NCBI GenBank assembly: GCA_016793485.1
Contig: JAEULZ010000016.1
Location: 155,837 to 219,836 of the forward strand
Length of the DNA stretch: 64,000 nucleotides
Direction: 5' to 3'
Source of the DNA: Mesorhizobium sp.
GTDB lineage: Bacteria; Pseudomonadota; Alphaproteobacteria; Rhizobiales; Rhizobiaceae
In this document: positions 62,615 to 64,000 of the stretch, in pieces
How the letters are laid out: each line of letters starts with the position of its first letter
How positions within the stretch are numbered: position 1 is the stretch's first letter
Notes under the pieces: model-generated
The model's input: only the letters and a program-made list of their open reading frames with translations
Told to the model about the DNA's origin: nothing
Databases searched by the model: none
Position numbers and translations under genes: made by a program

Positions 62615-64000
62615 CTATCCCCTGCCGTAGCGCTGCCTCAGGTGCTCTGTGAAATAGCGCGCGGAAAGCTTCTCGCCTGTCGCGCGCTCCATCAGTTCAG
62701 GCGTCGACCAGCGGGAGGCTTGCGACCAGATGTGGGTTTGACGCCAGTCGTTCACGGCATCGAACCGGCCCTTGGACAAATCGTCGTCCACGGAAGCGTG
62801 TTCGCGCTTGAGCGCTGACCATTGCTGCGCTGCCATCATGGCGCCGAGCGTGTAGGACGGAAAATAGCCGAACGCGCCGCCGGGCCAGTGCACATCCTGC
62901 ATCGGCCCGTCGGCGAAATTGCCCTCCGTCGAAAGCCCGAGATAATCGCGCATCTTCGTGTCCCACGCATCGGGAATATCGGCGACTTCGAGCCGTCCCG
63001 AGACAAGCTCCTGTTCCAGTTCGTAGCGCAGGATGACATGCAACGGATAGGTCACCTCGTCCGCATCGACCCGGATCAGGCCGCGCTCGACGTGATGCAC
63101 ATGGGGCAGGATATCTTCGGTCGACCAGTCCTCGCCGAGATGCTTTTCGACGACAGGCAGCGCCCATGTCCAGAAGGCCGGATTGCGGCCGAGCTGCTTT
63201 TCCACGAACAGGCTCTGGCTCTCATGCACCGACATGCCCCGCGCCTTGCCGAGCGGCCAGTGCGCCCATTCGGCGGGCAGGTTCTGCTCGTAGAGCGCGT
63301 GGCCTGTCTCGTGCAGCACACCCATCAGCGCCGAGAGAAATTCGCTGGTTTTGTAGCGCGTCGTGATGCGCACGTCGGTTGGCACACCGCCACAGAACGG
63401 ATGATGCGAGACTGACAGGCTGCCATGCGTCAGGTCGAAGCCGACGGCCGCCATCATAGCGAGGCCGAGTTCGCGCTGCTTCTCGATCGCATAATTGCCT
63501 GACAGGGGTTTGAGCGGTCTTTTCGCCAGCCTTTCCTCTTGGACAGCGAGCGCTTCCGGGACGAATTCCTTGAGGAATCCCTTCAACTCGACAAAGACCG
63601 GATCGATGTCGGCGACACGATTGCCCGGATCATATTGCTCCATCAGCGCATCGTAGTGACCGAGCCCGAGCCTGTCGGCGCGCATCGCCGCTTCCTCGCG
63701 CACCAACGACACCACGTTTTCGAGCGACGGCAGGAACGACGCCCAGTCGTTCTTCGCCCTGAGGTCGCGCCACAACTGTTCGGATCGCATGCGCGCCGTC
63801 GTCTGCTTCTCGACAAATTCCGCCGGCAGGCAGGTGAGGTTGGAGTATTGCCGACGAAATTCGCGCAACGCCGCCTGCTGGTCGTCGTTCAGGTCCTCGG
63901 CGGCAGCCGCCTCAATCCAGTCGGCAATCTCCGGTGCGGTCGCCTGCCGGTGCAGCATGCCCGCAAGCGAGGCCATAGCCTCCGCGCGCTTCTCGCCCCC
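62615..64000 (-). CDS. M32 carboxypeptidase (5' end outside window)
   Basis: HPFC, HETGH (HEXXH), HESQS, RVDADE, QDVHW, FPSYTLG. Confidence 0.93.
   Translation of the reverse strand, partial: GGEKRAEAMASLAGMLHRQATAPEIADWIEAAAAEDLNDDQQAALREFRRQYSNLTCLPAEFVEKQTTARMRSEQLWRDLRAKNDWASFLPSLENVVSLVREEAAMRADRLGLGHYDALMEQYDPGNRVADIDPVFVELKGFLKEFVPEALAVQEERLAKRPLKPLSGNYAIEKQRELGLAMMAAVGFDLTHGSLSVSHHPFCGGVPTDVRITTRYKTSEFLSALMGVLHETGHALYEQNLPAEWAHWPLGKARGMSVHESQSLFVEKQLGRNPAFWTWALPVVEKHLGEDWSTEDILPHVHHVERGLIRVDADEVTYPLHVILRYELEQELVSGRLEVADIPDAWDTKMRDYLGLSTEGNFADGPMQDVHWPGGAFGYFPSYTLGAMMAAQQWSALKREHASVDDDLSKGRFDAVNDWRQTHIWSQASRWSTPELMERATGEKLSARYFTEHLRQRYGRG

Noticed and set aside
52581-64000. Possible third island after att copy 3
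   Set aside because: No arm doublet ~55 bp after the core, no integrase and no further att copy in the window; treated as host chromosome, though an old island cannot be excluded.

Overview
GC-rich alphaproteobacterial chromosome, probably Rhizobiales/Phyllobacteriaceae-like (inferred from gene order and protein families, not verified). 1-10.5 kb: catabolic locus (tautomerase, aldehyde dehydrogenase, TRAP transporter, two DapA-like lyases, class II aldolase, SDR, enolase-superfamily enzyme). 10.6-16.5 kb: core nadD-proA-proB-obgE-GNAT-rpmA-rplU block. tRNA-Ser(CGA) at 16804-16893 is the integration site of two tandem elements delimited by three copies of its 3' end, CTCCTTCTCCGCCA (16880, 38212, 52567). 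Each element has a related P4-type tyrosine integrase at its distal end and matching att-arm geometry. Element 1 (~21.3 kb) looks like a capsid-less satellite. It has two replication/regulation modules, two podovirus-like DNA-ejection proteins (one with a tail-lysozyme domain, one frameshifted), TerS-like genes and several defence-type genes, including an AbiF/Abi_2 HEPN toxin with a structured 5' RNA. Element 2 (~14.4 kb) is PICI-like: AlpA, primase-helicase, a candidate ori, a lambda-type cosQ-cosN site, terminase/gpW/portal remnants and an arsenic-resistance cargo. After 52.6 kb the presumed host chromosome resumes (IalB-like protein, trimeric autotransporter, glycerol dehydrogenase-like gene, SDRs, split transketolase, amidase, M32 carboxypeptidase). 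No CRISPR array or rRNA was seen. All family assignments are by motif recognition by eye; no database searches were run.
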